From a virus (lineage: Duplodnaviria; Caudoviricetes), in the IMG/VR virus record IMGVR_UViG_3300014697_000001, positions 1 through 64,000 of that record: a stretch of DNA of 64,000 bases, one strand, 5' to 3'. Below the pieces are notes generated by a model, which had not been told where the DNA came from, did no database searches, and saw only the letters and a program-made list of their open reading frames with translations. Each line of letters opens with the position of its first letter. Position 1 is the first letter of the stretch. The translations under genes were made by a program, and so were the position numbers. Below, in pieces: positions 29,772 through 38,900 of the stretch.

Positions 29772-30254
29772 ATGTTACCAACCAAACACCCACTGTGGGC
29801 ACGGTACCTAGTCCATGCCGCCATTGAGTATTTCAATAACCGGGCGGTCAAGGTCTGCCTGCTGATCGACAACACGATCCTCAAAGACGGCGTCCTCGAA
29901 GCTCAAAACCCCAACGGATCATCTGAGTTCATCGTCTGTGTGGCTCCAGGCTACACTACACAGATGGACTATGGGGATCAGGATCTGACGATCTCCATCA
30001 GGTTTGCTCACCTGATCCACACCCTGACCATTCCTTATGAAGCGATAAGGGCGGTACTTGGGGCCGATACCGGTGGTGTCCTGACCGATGATGGTCACAT
30101 CAACATCATCGAGGTGCCTCCGGTTATCTATCCGCCAGGTGCCCCTTATCGTCGACGGTCAACTGACCCTAAACCAGCTGAATCGCTGATGATCGATGAG
30201 ATTCAGGCACAGCCCCGCCAGTTCGAACTTCGCCTGGTGGGTCATCGTGGCTGA
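29772..30254 (+). CDS. sspB: Divergent SspB-like ClpXP adaptor (copy 1)
   Basis: YLVHAAIEYF..LLID, IVCVAP, RFAHLIHTLTIPYEAIRAV align by eye with the SspB core; flexible tail containing LRLV. Confidence 0.65.
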   Translation: MLPTKHPLWARYLVHAAIEYFNNRAVKVCLLIDNTILKDGVLEAQNPNGSSEFIVCVAPGYTTQMDYGDQDLTISIRFAHLIHTLTIPYEAIRAVLGADTGGVLTDDGHINIIEVPPVIYPPGAPYRRRSTDPKPAESLMIDEIQAQPRQFELRLVGHRG

Positions 30255-30268
30255 ACCAGGAAAGAATA

Positions 30269-30589
30269 ATGGACGTTGTTAAAGTATGGGGCATCACCTT
30301 CCGTCATCTTGAGACGTTCACTCAAGACCTTGAGCGGGTGAAGTCCTTCGCTGCCCTGCAGGGTGTCAAACCCCTGTGGCGCATCCTTAAGAGTATCCAG
30401 CTGCGCTATGTCCCAACCCTCCAGGCCGATGTAGACCTGGCCTTGGTTGGGGCATTGTCGCGGCTGAATATCCGGGACGTATCGCCGAGTGACTTCACCG
30501 AACTCGAAGCAATCGACATCATGATGCGTTTCGGTTCGACCTGCGCGCTGGACGATATAGAAGAATTAGAAGAACCAGTCGAAGAATGA
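30269..30589 (+). CDS. hypothetical protein
   Basis: 106 aa; SD AGGA. Confidence 0.65.
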   Translation: MDVVKVWGITFRHLETFTQDLERVKSFAALQGVKPLWRILKSIQLRYVPTLQADVDLALVGALSRLNIRDVSPSDFTELEAIDIMMRFGSTCALDDIEELEEPVEE

Positions 30590-30628
30590 CTGCGATACCA
30601 ACACTTACCATCAACGAAGGGGTAGTTC

Positions 30629-31288
30629 ATGACAACTAAAACCATTGCTATACCACGCACTCTGTTCAGTCAACCCATTGTCTTTGTCGATTCGTTCGAA
30701 CAAGCAGTGGAAACCGTACAGGCGTATAGCGCTGTTGAAGAATTCATCATCATCAGTGACAACACCCGTCGGCCGAGCGACACCTGTAAGAACCTCTTCA
30801 AGCAACGCAACGCCCAAGTGTTCCGTATTCGTCCTTCCGGCGTCTGGAATACCCTGCTGCGCTCGATTGGTGAGGTCGAAGCCGCTCGGGCTAAAGGGGG
30901 CTATCCTGAGTGCCATTCGTTGATGTTCATTTCCCTGATTTCTCCACAGGACATTGCTTCAGCCCTGAAACGCCATCGTGCCGTCGCCAATCTCAGTAGC
31001 CGGGAGATGTTCTGGCTGGATACGCTGAAGTTTGGACAGGAGAACGACGATGTGATCGAACTGGCCCTGCGGACCATGCCCACTGTACCGGCACCGGTTC
31101 ATTATAAGAACCTGACCGTCCAACAGGTCTTTGACCTGTCTGGGTTTGAATTCTCACGGTTTACCCGCCCCATCCATTGCGTCACGTCTGTCACCAACAT
31201 GTTGGAGGCTTACCCGTTTTACACGTCGGATACTTTTGGTGAAACCTTTAAGGAAGTCGGCACACTTAAGTTGAAGAGCGTCGCCTAA
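30629..31288 (+). CDS. hypothetical protein
   Basis: 219 aa; SD AAGGGG. Confidence 0.7.
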   Translation: MTTKTIAIPRTLFSQPIVFVDSFEQAVETVQAYSAVEEFIIISDNTRRPSDTCKNLFKQRNAQVFRIRPSGVWNTLLRSIGEVEAARAKGGYPECHSLMFISLISPQDIASALKRHRAVANLSSREMFWLDTLKFGQENDDVIELALRTMPTVPAPVHYKNLTVQQVFDLSGFEFSRFTRPIHCVTSVTNMLEAYPFYTSDTFGETFKEVGTLKLKSVA

Positions 31289-31302
31289 TTGGCTGTCAAC
31301 AT

Positions 31303-31333
31303 ACGGGAGGGGTCAGCCCCTCCCGTTATGTCG
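31303..31333 (+). terminator. hairpin + TTATGTCG
   Basis: ACGGGAGGGG...CCCCTCCCGT. Confidence 0.75.
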
Positions 31334-31404
31334 TCTCACCTGTTCTTTTGAAACAAACCACCTCTATCAGATGTCTAACCAAACCTTTTATTTTGGAGTC
31401 CACT

Positions 31405-32148
31405 ATGGCCGTTAAAGATGAACAACTCGAAGCCGTACTGAACACCCTCAATCCTACCCAATTGAATAACCTAACCAAAGCCATGGTTGAAGGGGCTCTG
31501 GATCATTATCACAGCATTATGATCTCTATCCCGGATGACTCGTTAAAGTCGCCGCTCGATACCTGGGTCATTCGAAAGGAGATCAGACGCAGCTGGGATG
31601 CGTTATCAGGTCTGTTCATGTGGAAATGGCTGATGGATAATGCGATCATTGACCGTGAACATCCTGGACTGCCGCCCGTTGTCCAAAGACTGATGACTCA
31701 AAATCCCGAATTGCACCGAGGCGCAGAGAAGAATGAACATACCCACTCTACCTCTGGTCCGAACACCCAGGACAAATCCGATCTCGAGCGAGAGTATCGG
31801 AACACCTGGGCTAACCTCAGGATTCATGACATGACAATAGAAGATAATCAACCTCTGTACAACTGGAAGGAAGATGTCTTACTCAAACAGGCCTGTACTC
31901 ATCTCATCGAGCGCCCTATATACGAACCCATGTCACCGGATGCGTCTTCGGCTTTGACCACCTTCGGCCATGCATTGCGCAGAGCTCTGATGTGGGTCAA
32001 CGAGGCTCCGGTTAGCGATCGGTTGGGGCGGTTACTCGATCTCAAGCAGACCTACGGTTTCAGTGCGATCACCCGGGACTACCTTCGGTATCACGTTGAG
32101 GTCCATGGGTATACGTTCACCATGATCCTAGGGATCGAAGGGGAGTAA
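31405..32148 (+). CDS. hypothetical protein
   Basis: ATG 31405 after GGAG. Confidence 0.7.
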   Translation: MAVKDEQLEAVLNTLNPTQLNNLTKAMVEGALDHYHSIMISIPDDSLKSPLDTWVIRKEIRRSWDALSGLFMWKWLMDNAIIDREHPGLPPVVQRLMTQNPELHRGAEKNEHTHSTSGPNTQDKSDLEREYRNTWANLRIHDMTIEDNQPLYNWKEDVLLKQACTHLIERPIYEPMSPDASSALTTFGHALRRALMWVNEAPVSDRLGRLLDLKQTYGFSAITRDYLRYHVEVHGYTFTMILGIEGE

Positions 32149-32251
32149 CGTGATGAAACCCGAGACATCGGCGTGCTAGACGCAAAACGATAACCGTCTA
32201 CCTGAAATTGTTCACCGATGCGGTGACAGAGGCTTTATAAGGAGCAGTACC

Positions 32252-32662
32252 ATGCAATCACCGACGCTTGAATTTCTCTCCCAGCACTATGGTCTGATCA
32301 TCACAATTCACCAGCACCGTTACGGAGACGTTGTCATTGCGTTGATCACCCCGAGCGATGCCGCCGACAAAGTGATCAGTTCCATTGAAGATTGCAATGG
32401 AGAGTACGAATGGGAGCTCTGGGGACTACGAGATAGCTGGTGGCCGATAGTCACAGGAGGCACCATCCCTGATGCCCTGGATCGCCTGGATCGTTTTCTC
32501 TACGACCACAAACCTGACTGGTACTCGATACAAATCGGGATACAGCAGACCATCGAACAGGCGATTAGTGATCGTCATGAGAAATGCAAGGTGAAGTCCT
32601 TCGATGAATTGCGCGATGCTATCTATCGCTGGAATCAGGGTGATGAAGTCGGCTTCTTCTGA
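32252..32662 (+). CDS. hypothetical protein
   Basis: 136 aa; SD TAAGGAG. Confidence 0.7.
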   Translation: MQSPTLEFLSQHYGLIITIHQHRYGDVVIALITPSDAADKVISSIEDCNGEYEWELWGLRDSWWPIVTGGTIPDALDRLDRFLYDHKPDWYSIQIGIQQTIEQAISDRHEKCKVKSFDELRDAIYRWNQGDEVGFF

Positions 32663-32855
32663 AAACACCGTAGCTGACGATCTGGTGGAACACGCCCGGA
32701 AGTGTCTAATACCGTTGAACAACAACTGGTCGCGCAAACGCAAGAACGCGCACCGCCGTACCCAATGTAGGATAGTGTCGATTGCCACGACGATCTCGGA
32801 CATGCTGGTTGACGAGGTCCTCAAGCCACAGGAGATGGAACATGTTGAACAGTGA
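32643..32855 (+). CDS. small hypothetical protein
   Basis: 70-aa ORF overlapping both neighbours. Confidence 0.45.
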   Translation: MKSASSENTVADDLVEHARKCLIPLNNNWSRKRKNAHRRTQCRIVSIATTISDMLVDEVLKPQEMEHVEQ

Positions 32856-34632
32856 CCCGCGTCTAGTCGGAGTGCCCCAAGCCAAGATCGACCCCATTGT
32901 AGAGGCTCTGTACGCTGAATGGGAACCTGCTTGCCAAGGTGAGGCAGTTCTTCAAGTGGTCCATAGTGTCTCCAGAAAGCTTCTCGAACAATGGAGGGGT
33001 TCTTACATCCGGCCTGGCGATATCGAGCTGTTCAATTACAGTATCCGCCAAGAGGTCGACGCGTGGATTGCAGAGAAGCACATAAAAGGCTTTACCGAGC
33101 TTAAAGCCGAAGACTTCTACTGGACAGTCACTCAGTCAGGTGACAGCTTTAACATCCAACCAACAGAAGCCCTCAGGCAACTGGATAAGGGTGTGTATCC
33201 GGTCAAGTTCTTCAGACCGAGTACTCAGACCCTTGCGGGTATGGTGGCAGAAGAGCTTGAAAAGATCACTCAGAAAAAGAAGGAACAACTTAAGATGAAC
33301 CACCAAGTAACTGATGAGCAACAGTACCTCGACCTACTGGAATCTATTGTGGACACCGGCCATTATAAGGGCGATCGTACTGGTACTGGAACCTATTCCA
33401 AGTTTGGTCAGCTCATGCGGTTTGATCTGACCGATAACAAGCTACCTTTACTGACCACCAAGCAGATGTATCACAAGAGTTTTTGCCATGAGACCCTGTG
33501 GTTCATCTCGGGCAGTACTGATGTCAAGTACCTGAAGGATCATGGAATCTCCATCTGGGACAGCTGGGTCAATCCCAAGACTGCGGTCTATACCGATAAG
33601 GAATATGATCGACTCGATGCCGATATCCGCAAGAAGATGGCCTGGGGCGGTGAGTCCATTCAGTTTGAAGTCTTTGATGTCAATGATCCCTCGTATTCGG
33701 CATTTGCCATGTCCTCTGCAAGTTACCACGTGGATCTGGGTTTTGCAAACCCCGTGGTTTTCTTCGACCCAGCTGTCTGGACAGTCTTTTCAGAAGAGGA
33801 GACGGCGTATCACGCGGTTATTCTTAAGGCAATGCAGTGGCTCGCGACTCAATGTGACATCAATACCAAAAGGCTCGTTTCGGGCTCCATCGGTCCAGGA
33901 GCCTACGGGGCCATGTGGCGTAACATCGAAGACATCCGCTCCATCGCACATGACGAGTTGGACGAACACCTAGATAAAGGGTTCCGTCTAAAAGGTGAGT
34001 TGGAAGGTGAATTGATCGTCACGCGTAAAATCGATCAACTCCAGAGCGCGATCAACCTACTGCGCACCAATCCTGACAGTCGGCGGATCATCGTCCACGC
34101 GTTCGATAACCGGATGGTGGACTTCTGTGAACTCCCACCGTGTCATTCGTTCTTCCAATTCCTCACCCGTGAGCTTCGACTGCACGAGCGAGCGAAGTGG
34201 TTCGAAAACAACGTTACATCGAAGACACAAGTGGGGTCGGGTAATGGTCCTGCTGGTGACGATCTCCACGCGTTCTACGATAAACACGGTGTCCCGCGTC
34301 GGGCATTGACTTGCCTACTGTATCAGCGTTCGATGGACGCGCCAGTGGGCGCGCCGTTCAACTTCTCCCAGTACTCACTCCTGACACACATGGTGGCGCA
34401 GGTCACTGGGATGGTGGCTGAAGAATTCGTTCACTTCGCAGGCGATGCTCACGTGTACGCCGACCAGGTGGATCTGGTTGAAGAGCAGATCAAACGTCCG
34501 ATTATCGAACAGACTGCTCGTCTGGTATTGAATCCTGAGGTCAAGGAGATCGATGGTTTCACCTTTGATGACATCTCGATCGTTGGCTACGATAACCATC
34601 ATCCTGCGATCAAGTACCCTGTCGCAGTGTGA
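32842..34632 (+). CDS. thyA: Thymidylate synthase with a ~150-aa N-terminal extension and large internal insertions
   Basis: DRTGTGT, PLLTTK, PDSRRII, LPPCH, YQRSMD..PFN, GDAHVY, C-terminal PVAV; second in-frame ATG at 33295 after AAGGA. Confidence 0.93.
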   Translation: MLNSDPRLVGVPQAKIDPIVEALYAEWEPACQGEAVLQVVHSVSRKLLEQWRGSYIRPGDIELFNYSIRQEVDAWIAEKHIKGFTELKAEDFYWTVTQSGDSFNIQPTEALRQLDKGVYPVKFFRPSTQTLAGMVAEELEKITQKKKEQLKMNHQVTDEQQYLDLLESIVDTGHYKGDRTGTGTYSKFGQLMRFDLTDNKLPLLTTKQMYHKSFCHETLWFISGSTDVKYLKDHGISIWDSWVNPKTAVYTDKEYDRLDADIRKKMAWGGESIQFEVFDVNDPSYSAFAMSSASYHVDLGFANPVVFFDPAVWTVFSEEETAYHAVILKAMQWLATQCDINTKRLVSGSIGPGAYGAMWRNIEDIRSIAHDELDEHLDKGFRLKGELEGELIVTRKIDQLQSAINLLRTNPDSRRIIVHAFDNRMVDFCELPPCHSFFQFLTRELRLHERAKWFENNVTSKTQVGSGNGPAGDDLHAFYDKHGVPRRALTCLLYQRSMDAPVGAPFNFSQYSLLTHMVAQVTGMVAEEFVHFAGDAHVYADQVDLVEEQIKRPIIEQTARLVLNPEVKEIDGFTFDDISIVGYDNHHPAIKYPVAV

Positions 34633-34650
34633 CAGAACACGAGGAGTGAA

Positions 34651-35019
34651 ATGATGGTCAAAGACTTCACCCTGATCGATACCCGCAACCTCACCGGCAT
34701 AGCACTTCGCTATGCCGTGGCCAAAGCTTTGGGGCTGGACTTTGTCGTCCACCCACCCGAGTACGGCCTCGGACATCGGATTCTGATCAAGGGCCAACCC
34801 AACTACTTCCGCCCAGAAGCAGAGTGGGCTGAGATGGCATTCATCGAACCAGCGTGGCGAGAAGTGACAGGTTGGTTGATAAATGAACTGGGGCCAGACT
34901 GGTACAGTGAGATCGACGCCCGTCAAGGCGACCTTCAGCGCTGGTTCTGTCGAGGACTGGTGGGGGCGCGTCTCGGTAACGAGGTGATGATTCCATCCTA
35001 TCTTGTCGTGTCCAGCTAG
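34651..35019 (+). CDS. DUF2591/NinX-like phage protein
   Basis: LTGIALRYAVAKALG...YFRPEAEWA pattern. Confidence 0.55.
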   Translation: MMVKDFTLIDTRNLTGIALRYAVAKALGLDFVVHPPEYGLGHRILIKGQPNYFRPEAEWAEMAFIEPAWREVTGWLINELGPDWYSEIDARQGDLQRWFCRGLVGARLGNEVMIPSYLVVSS

Positions 35020-35030
35020 GGAGTTAAGCA

Positions 35031-35189
35031 ATGCGTATTCATCTTGATCCGGCCATTAAGGATCGCATGACCAGGACTGAGGTCAGGGACGCCTGCTACT
35101 ACCACCATGGTCGCGGTCTGGCGGTAGGGTTTCTGGCAGGAATGGCAACGGCAGGGATCTTCACTTTAATCATCCGTTTGTTGGGGTAG
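35031..35189 (+). CDS. small membrane protein (52 aa, absent from the ORF track)
   Basis: MRIHLD...GLAVGFLAGMATAGIFTLIIRLLG*; SD GGGAG. Confidence 0.6.
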   Translation: MRIHLDPAIKDRMTRTEVRDACYYHHGRGLAVGFLAGMATAGIFTLIIRLLG

Positions 35190-35234
35190 GCATATACCCG
35201 AAATTGTGCCTTATTTAAAACAGGAGTGTTGAAC

Positions 35235-35531
35235 ATGACAGTAGAATTCAAGCCTGCAGCTGAATCGCCCTTACAAGGGTTTAAGATGTCCGACAAACAA
35301 CGGCTCAAAATGGTAGTTGGGATTCTGGAAGGGGTACTGAAGATCGACGTAAGTCGATTTAAGGTAGGGCGTGTCTACCATATCCGAAACTCCGACAACC
35401 TGATGATGATCAACGACATTGGACGCCATCCAATTAGCCAAGTCCCGACAGCGTATGGTTTCCAGATCAGCACTGAAGGTCACAGTCCTCATTGCATCGA
35501 ACTTTACGAACTAGGCAAAGAGTTCGTGTGA
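35235..35531 (+). CDS. hypothetical protein
   Basis: ATG 35235 after AGGAG. Confidence 0.65.
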   Translation: MTVEFKPAAESPLQGFKMSDKQRLKMVVGILEGVLKIDVSRFKVGRVYHIRNSDNLMMINDIGRHPISQVPTAYGFQISTEGHSPHCIELYELGKEFV

Positions 35532-35758
35532 TGGCATTGTTCACCCTCACCCCTCCTGATCAGGTGATATATGCGGAATATACAGTCATTACCAAGTACA
35601 GGTTAATCCACCTCGATACAGGGTTCTGGCACCGTCTCATGTATCGGTACGTGCCGTCCGGGGCAGACCATCAGCTAATGCAGTATCTGTACAAGAACTA
35701 CAAGATCAAGCGCCATCAGATCAAGTCCATTCAACGGAGGGTGAGACCTCCATTTTAA
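35531..35758 (+). CDS. hypothetical protein
   Basis: TGATG coupling; 75 aa. Confidence 0.6.
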   Translation: MALFTLTPPDQVIYAEYTVITKYRLIHLDTGFWHRLMYRYVPSGADHQLMQYLYKNYKIKRHQIKSIQRRVRPPF

Positions 35759-35778
35759 CTACTCGAGGAGGCAGTATC

Positions 35779-36105
35779 ATGCCCACGGCACGAACCCTCA
35801 ACCATCTTTATCAGCTACAGCGAGAACTCCACGAACGTCTACAGGGAGTGGATGAATGCATTCACCGTATTGCAGCCTTATTCAAGGACATCGATGAGGA
35901 CCTGCCTGCGTTGACAGAAGACTGGGAAGGATTGGTGAATTCGAACGAGGCGATGCGGATACTGTCTGTCTCCTCCACAACACTTAACAGGTACAGGAGC
36001 GGCAACTATCCTGCCGGCCGGGCTGCATTCCCCACCCCTGTTAAGTACAAAGGCAGGTCGCCATACTGGCACCGGGATGATCTGATTCGCTGGTGTTCTA
36101 CCTGA
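35779..36105 (+). CDS. AlpA/excisionase-like HTH DNA-binding protein
   Basis: EAMRILSVSSTTLNRY...FPTPVKYKGRSPYWHRDDLIRW; SD GAGGAGG. Confidence 0.75.
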   Translation: MPTARTLNHLYQLQRELHERLQGVDECIHRIAALFKDIDEDLPALTEDWEGLVNSNEAMRILSVSSTTLNRYRSGNYPAGRAAFPTPVKYKGRSPYWHRDDLIRWCST

Positions 36106-36113
36106 CTGTGACT

Positions 36114-36146
36114 AGGAGATGCCTTCGGGCATCTCCTTATGTCCGA
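36114..36146 (+). terminator. UUCG hairpin + TTATGTCCG
   Basis: AGGAGATGCC-TTCG-GGCATCTCCT. Confidence 0.8.
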
Positions 36147-36222
36147 CTCGCCTTATTTTTTCGTTCGATATCGTTATGTATAAGCCGTCTCGGCATTCTC
36201 ATTCTTTATCTGGAGGTGGAAA

Positions 36223-36291
36223 ATGCCACCTAGTCTCGCATTACTGTTAAGCAAAATAACACAGGTCTTTGTAATTATCCGTTATCTTTGA
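36223..36291 (+). pseudogene. Truncated N-terminus of a fibre gene (22 codons)
   Basis: Strong SD GGAGGTG; MPPSLALLLSKITQVFVIIRYL* is in register with MLINLPQIKTSITVLLTNIR of 38901. Confidence 0.4.
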
Positions 36292-36343
36292 ACGGATAAC
36301 CATATGTACCGATCCTTCCCAGCCTTTCAAGAGATGCACAACT

Positions 36344-37084
36344 ATGGTCATTGTGACTCAGCTTAAAGAAAGTATGACTGCCTTGTTCACCGCTATTCGA
36401 TCCCATATCGACACCAAGCTGGGTAAAACCGAAAACGCTGTCTCAGCCACCCGTCTTAAAGACCCCTTTACCCTCACCTTAGAGGGTGACGTCCATGGAA
36501 GCGTGAGCCTGCGAGGTGATGCCCCTGCCATCATGGTGGTTAGGCTCCCTATGGCCTCCGTGGCGCCAGGTAGCTACTCGAAAGTATCCTTGGACGAGAA
36601 GGGACGCATTGTCGCTGCTGAACTGCTCATGGCGGCCGACATCCCAGCTCTCGATGCCAGTCAGGTTACTACTGGTACCTTCAGGGTCACTCGGATTCCT
36701 GGTTTGGACGCCAGTAAAACGGTCAGTGGTCAATTTCAGGAAGCCCGCATCCCTAACTTACCGATCTCCCATGTGACCGGACTTCAGACGGCGCTGGACA
36801 GTAAAGCGGCAGCAGACAGCCTCCCCTCGCGGTGGTATAGTGAGTTCAGCCTGCTGGCCGATACGCCGGTGGTATTCGACATCGCATCTATTTTTGGTCG
36901 ACCTGTTGATGGCGCTTCGTTGGTAATTTCACTCCGGGTTCTCGACACTGACGATACATCCCCTACCTACAACAAATACATCAACGCTGAAGCAGTCGCT
37001 ACTGTGGCAGTATCGGACAGTGAGGTAGTTGTGTTTAATCACTATACATCTACATTGATGTTCACGTTGGCATTGATTGCTTAA
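36344..37084 (+). CDS. Short tail-fibre-like protein
   Basis: N-terminus shared with 38901; GSYSKVSLDEKGRI and IPxLDAS shaft repeats. Confidence 0.75.
   Translation: MVIVTQLKESMTALFTAIRSHIDTKLGKTENAVSATRLKDPFTLTLEGDVHGSVSLRGDAPAIMVVRLPMASVAPGSYSKVSLDEKGRIVAAELLMAADIPALDASQVTTGTFRVTRIPGLDASKTVSGQFQEARIPNLPISHVTGLQTALDSKAAADSLPSRWYSEFSLLADTPVVFDIASIFGRPVDGASLVISLRVLDTDDTSPTYNKYINAEAVATVAVSDSEVVVFNHYTSTLMFTLALIA
36407..36449 (+). repeat. 43-bp direct repeat, copy 1 (copy 2 at 38967-39009)
   Basis: ATCGACACCAAGCTGGGTAAAACCGAAAACGCTGTCTCAGCCA; 41/43 identical to copy 2. Confidence 0.9.
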
Positions 37085-37099
37085 TGCGAGGTGATTTAA

Positions 37100-38773
37100 A
37101 TGGCTAACTACCAACACGTATCGCTCGTTCGGGCAGGTTATCTGAACGAGGTCATTCTCGAAAACGAATACATGAGCGTTGGTATCAGCTCTAACGGCAC
37201 ACATGGTACTAACGTTCCAGCGCCAGCTGGTTTCCACCCCATTACCAGTGTTCGTCAGACCGTTGGCCTGAGTATTAATCAGGAGGGCTTTAGCAGCGGA
37301 CAGCCGCCCACCGTTGGCGATTTCTTTCTACCCGGTATGCCAGAAGAGAGATTTACGGTAGGTATTAACGGCACCTCGTCGTTTTATAACACTCGGGATG
37401 GTGCGCAGGCCATCACCCCGATCAGTATCAGGGATGATTCGACAGCGTCACAGTTAAAATGCACCTGGACAGGCGCTGTTGCAGGGGTGTTTGACCTGAC
37501 GCTGTCATATTCGATTAACCCGTTGGATAAATATTTCAGCTGCACCGCCACCATTACGAATCGCTCTAACGCGGTCCAGTCCAGGGTTCGGTTTGTACGC
37601 TCCTTCGATCCGGATCAGGACCACGACCTCAGAGGTAGTTTCAACACCACCAATACCATTGAACTCCAGGGACCTACCGACGGCCAATCCTATATCCGTG
37701 CCAACGGCGTGGTTACAGGTGCGCCTTTTTCATTCTACTCGGACGATCCTCGCTCGTATGTCGGCACGGACTTTGGTGGTATAGCGCCAGCGACAGCCTA
37801 TGTAGCCAACGTAACAGGCCTGCCTAAAGGTTACTCGAGCACCGGGGACGCGGGGATATGCATTGCGTTTGAAGAACCATCCCTCGCGCCAGGTCAGTCC
37901 GTTACATTCACATACTACAGTAGTTTGGCGGCGACAGCTCAGGAAACCATCAACGAGATTCGTTCAGGTTTCACCCTATCTGTGCCTTCGGGATCGACTG
38001 TCACCCCTAGTGTTGATGTAGACAGATCCGTCGTTATTCCTGTCTCAGTTGCAACGCTCAGTGGGGTGCGTGACGGGCCGATCACCGTCAAGTACAGAAC
38101 GATCAACGACACGGCACTGGCTGGAACAGATTACACGAGCACTACAGGGACGATAACCTTCCCGGTAGGGACGGACTTGGTAAACATACCGATCACCGTG
38201 CTTAAAACCTCCCAAACAGGAGGCAGTAAGGCTTTTAACTTAGAGCTTTACGATGTCACTGGCGGTCGATTACTGAACAGTCTCTGTAAGGTGACGCTGG
38301 CGTATAACGCCATCCCGGCACCGGATGTGGTTGTACGCAGTCCTCAGAATTCCTTATTCGCAGATTCGTATAAGTTAGAGCTTTCGATTACCCCCCGCTC
38401 CCCTGTCCTCCATTCCGGGACTGTCACCAAGTCAGGCGTCACTGTAGCCACCTGGTCCACTGAAGACGGACTGACAGCCATAGTACCGTGTAGTTCAGTA
38501 CAACTCGCCAAAGGAGTCAACACGTTCTACCTCAACTTCACCACCCCTTCATTTGCCCCCGTTGCAGTGCTGGCGACGCGGCTAAATATCACCAACAGCA
38601 ATAACTTTAGGCTAAGTAAAATTGCGACCAGTCTCATGGTGGGTGAACTAGGGGGGCGAATAGTAAGCGCTGCTCGACTATTGCGACTGGCACGACAATA
38701 CGACGCCACATTAGTCAAGCGATCGACGTCAGGTGCTTTTCAGCACCTGTTCAATAAGTTCAGGGATATTTGA
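37100..38773 (+). CDS. Adhesin-like protein with a Calx-beta domain
   Basis: TVKYRTINDTALAGTDYTSTTGTITFPVG...AFNLEL matches Calx-beta; Ser/Thr-rich beta N-domain containing GDFFLPG.PEE and SFDPDQD. Confidence 0.7.
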   Translation: MANYQHVSLVRAGYLNEVILENEYMSVGISSNGTHGTNVPAPAGFHPITSVRQTVGLSINQEGFSSGQPPTVGDFFLPGMPEERFTVGINGTSSFYNTRDGAQAITPISIRDDSTASQLKCTWTGAVAGVFDLTLSYSINPLDKYFSCTATITNRSNAVQSRVRFVRSFDPDQDHDLRGSFNTTNTIELQGPTDGQSYIRANGVVTGAPFSFYSDDPRSYVGTDFGGIAPATAYVANVTGLPKGYSSTGDAGICIAFEEPSLAPGQSVTFTYYSSLAATAQETINEIRSGFTLSVPSGSTVTPSVDVDRSVVIPVSVATLSGVRDGPITVKYRTINDTALAGTDYTSTTGTITFPVGTDLVNIPITVLKTSQTGGSKAFNLELYDVTGGRLLNSLCKVTLAYNAIPAPDVVVRSPQNSLFADSYKLELSITPRSPVLHSGTVTKSGVTVATWSTEDGLTAIVPCSSVQLAKGVNTFYLNFTTPSFAPVAVLATRLNITNSNNFRLSKIATSLMVGELGGRIVSAARLLRLARQYDATLVKRSTSGAFQHLFNKFRDI

Positions 38774-38780
38774 CACCCAC

Positions 38781-38826
38781 CACCTCCTGTCAGGCAACTT
38801 TAGCCTGACAGGAGGTGTCTATGTGA
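38781..38826 (+). terminator. hairpin + TATG
   Basis: CACCTCCTGTCAGGC...GCCTGACAGGAGGTG. Confidence 0.75.
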
Positions 38827-38900
38827 CGTCACATGTCATCCGCCATTAAGCAAAATACTATGTATCCAACCCCGTCCATTCCCGCACGAGATATTCTGCG

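Noticed and set aside
30629-31288. DHFR-like segment (FVDSFEQAV...EEFIII)
   Set aside because: The N-terminal folate/NADPH motifs and the IGG motif are missing.
33560-33900. Possible intein or intron in thyA
   Set aside because: The frame is open, with no Cys/Ser...His-Asn splice junctions or endonuclease motifs; treated as a plain insertion.
32842-34632. Base-modifying dCMP hydroxymethylase
   Set aside because: The Asn in PFN is retained, and no glycosyltransferase or other modification genes are nearby.
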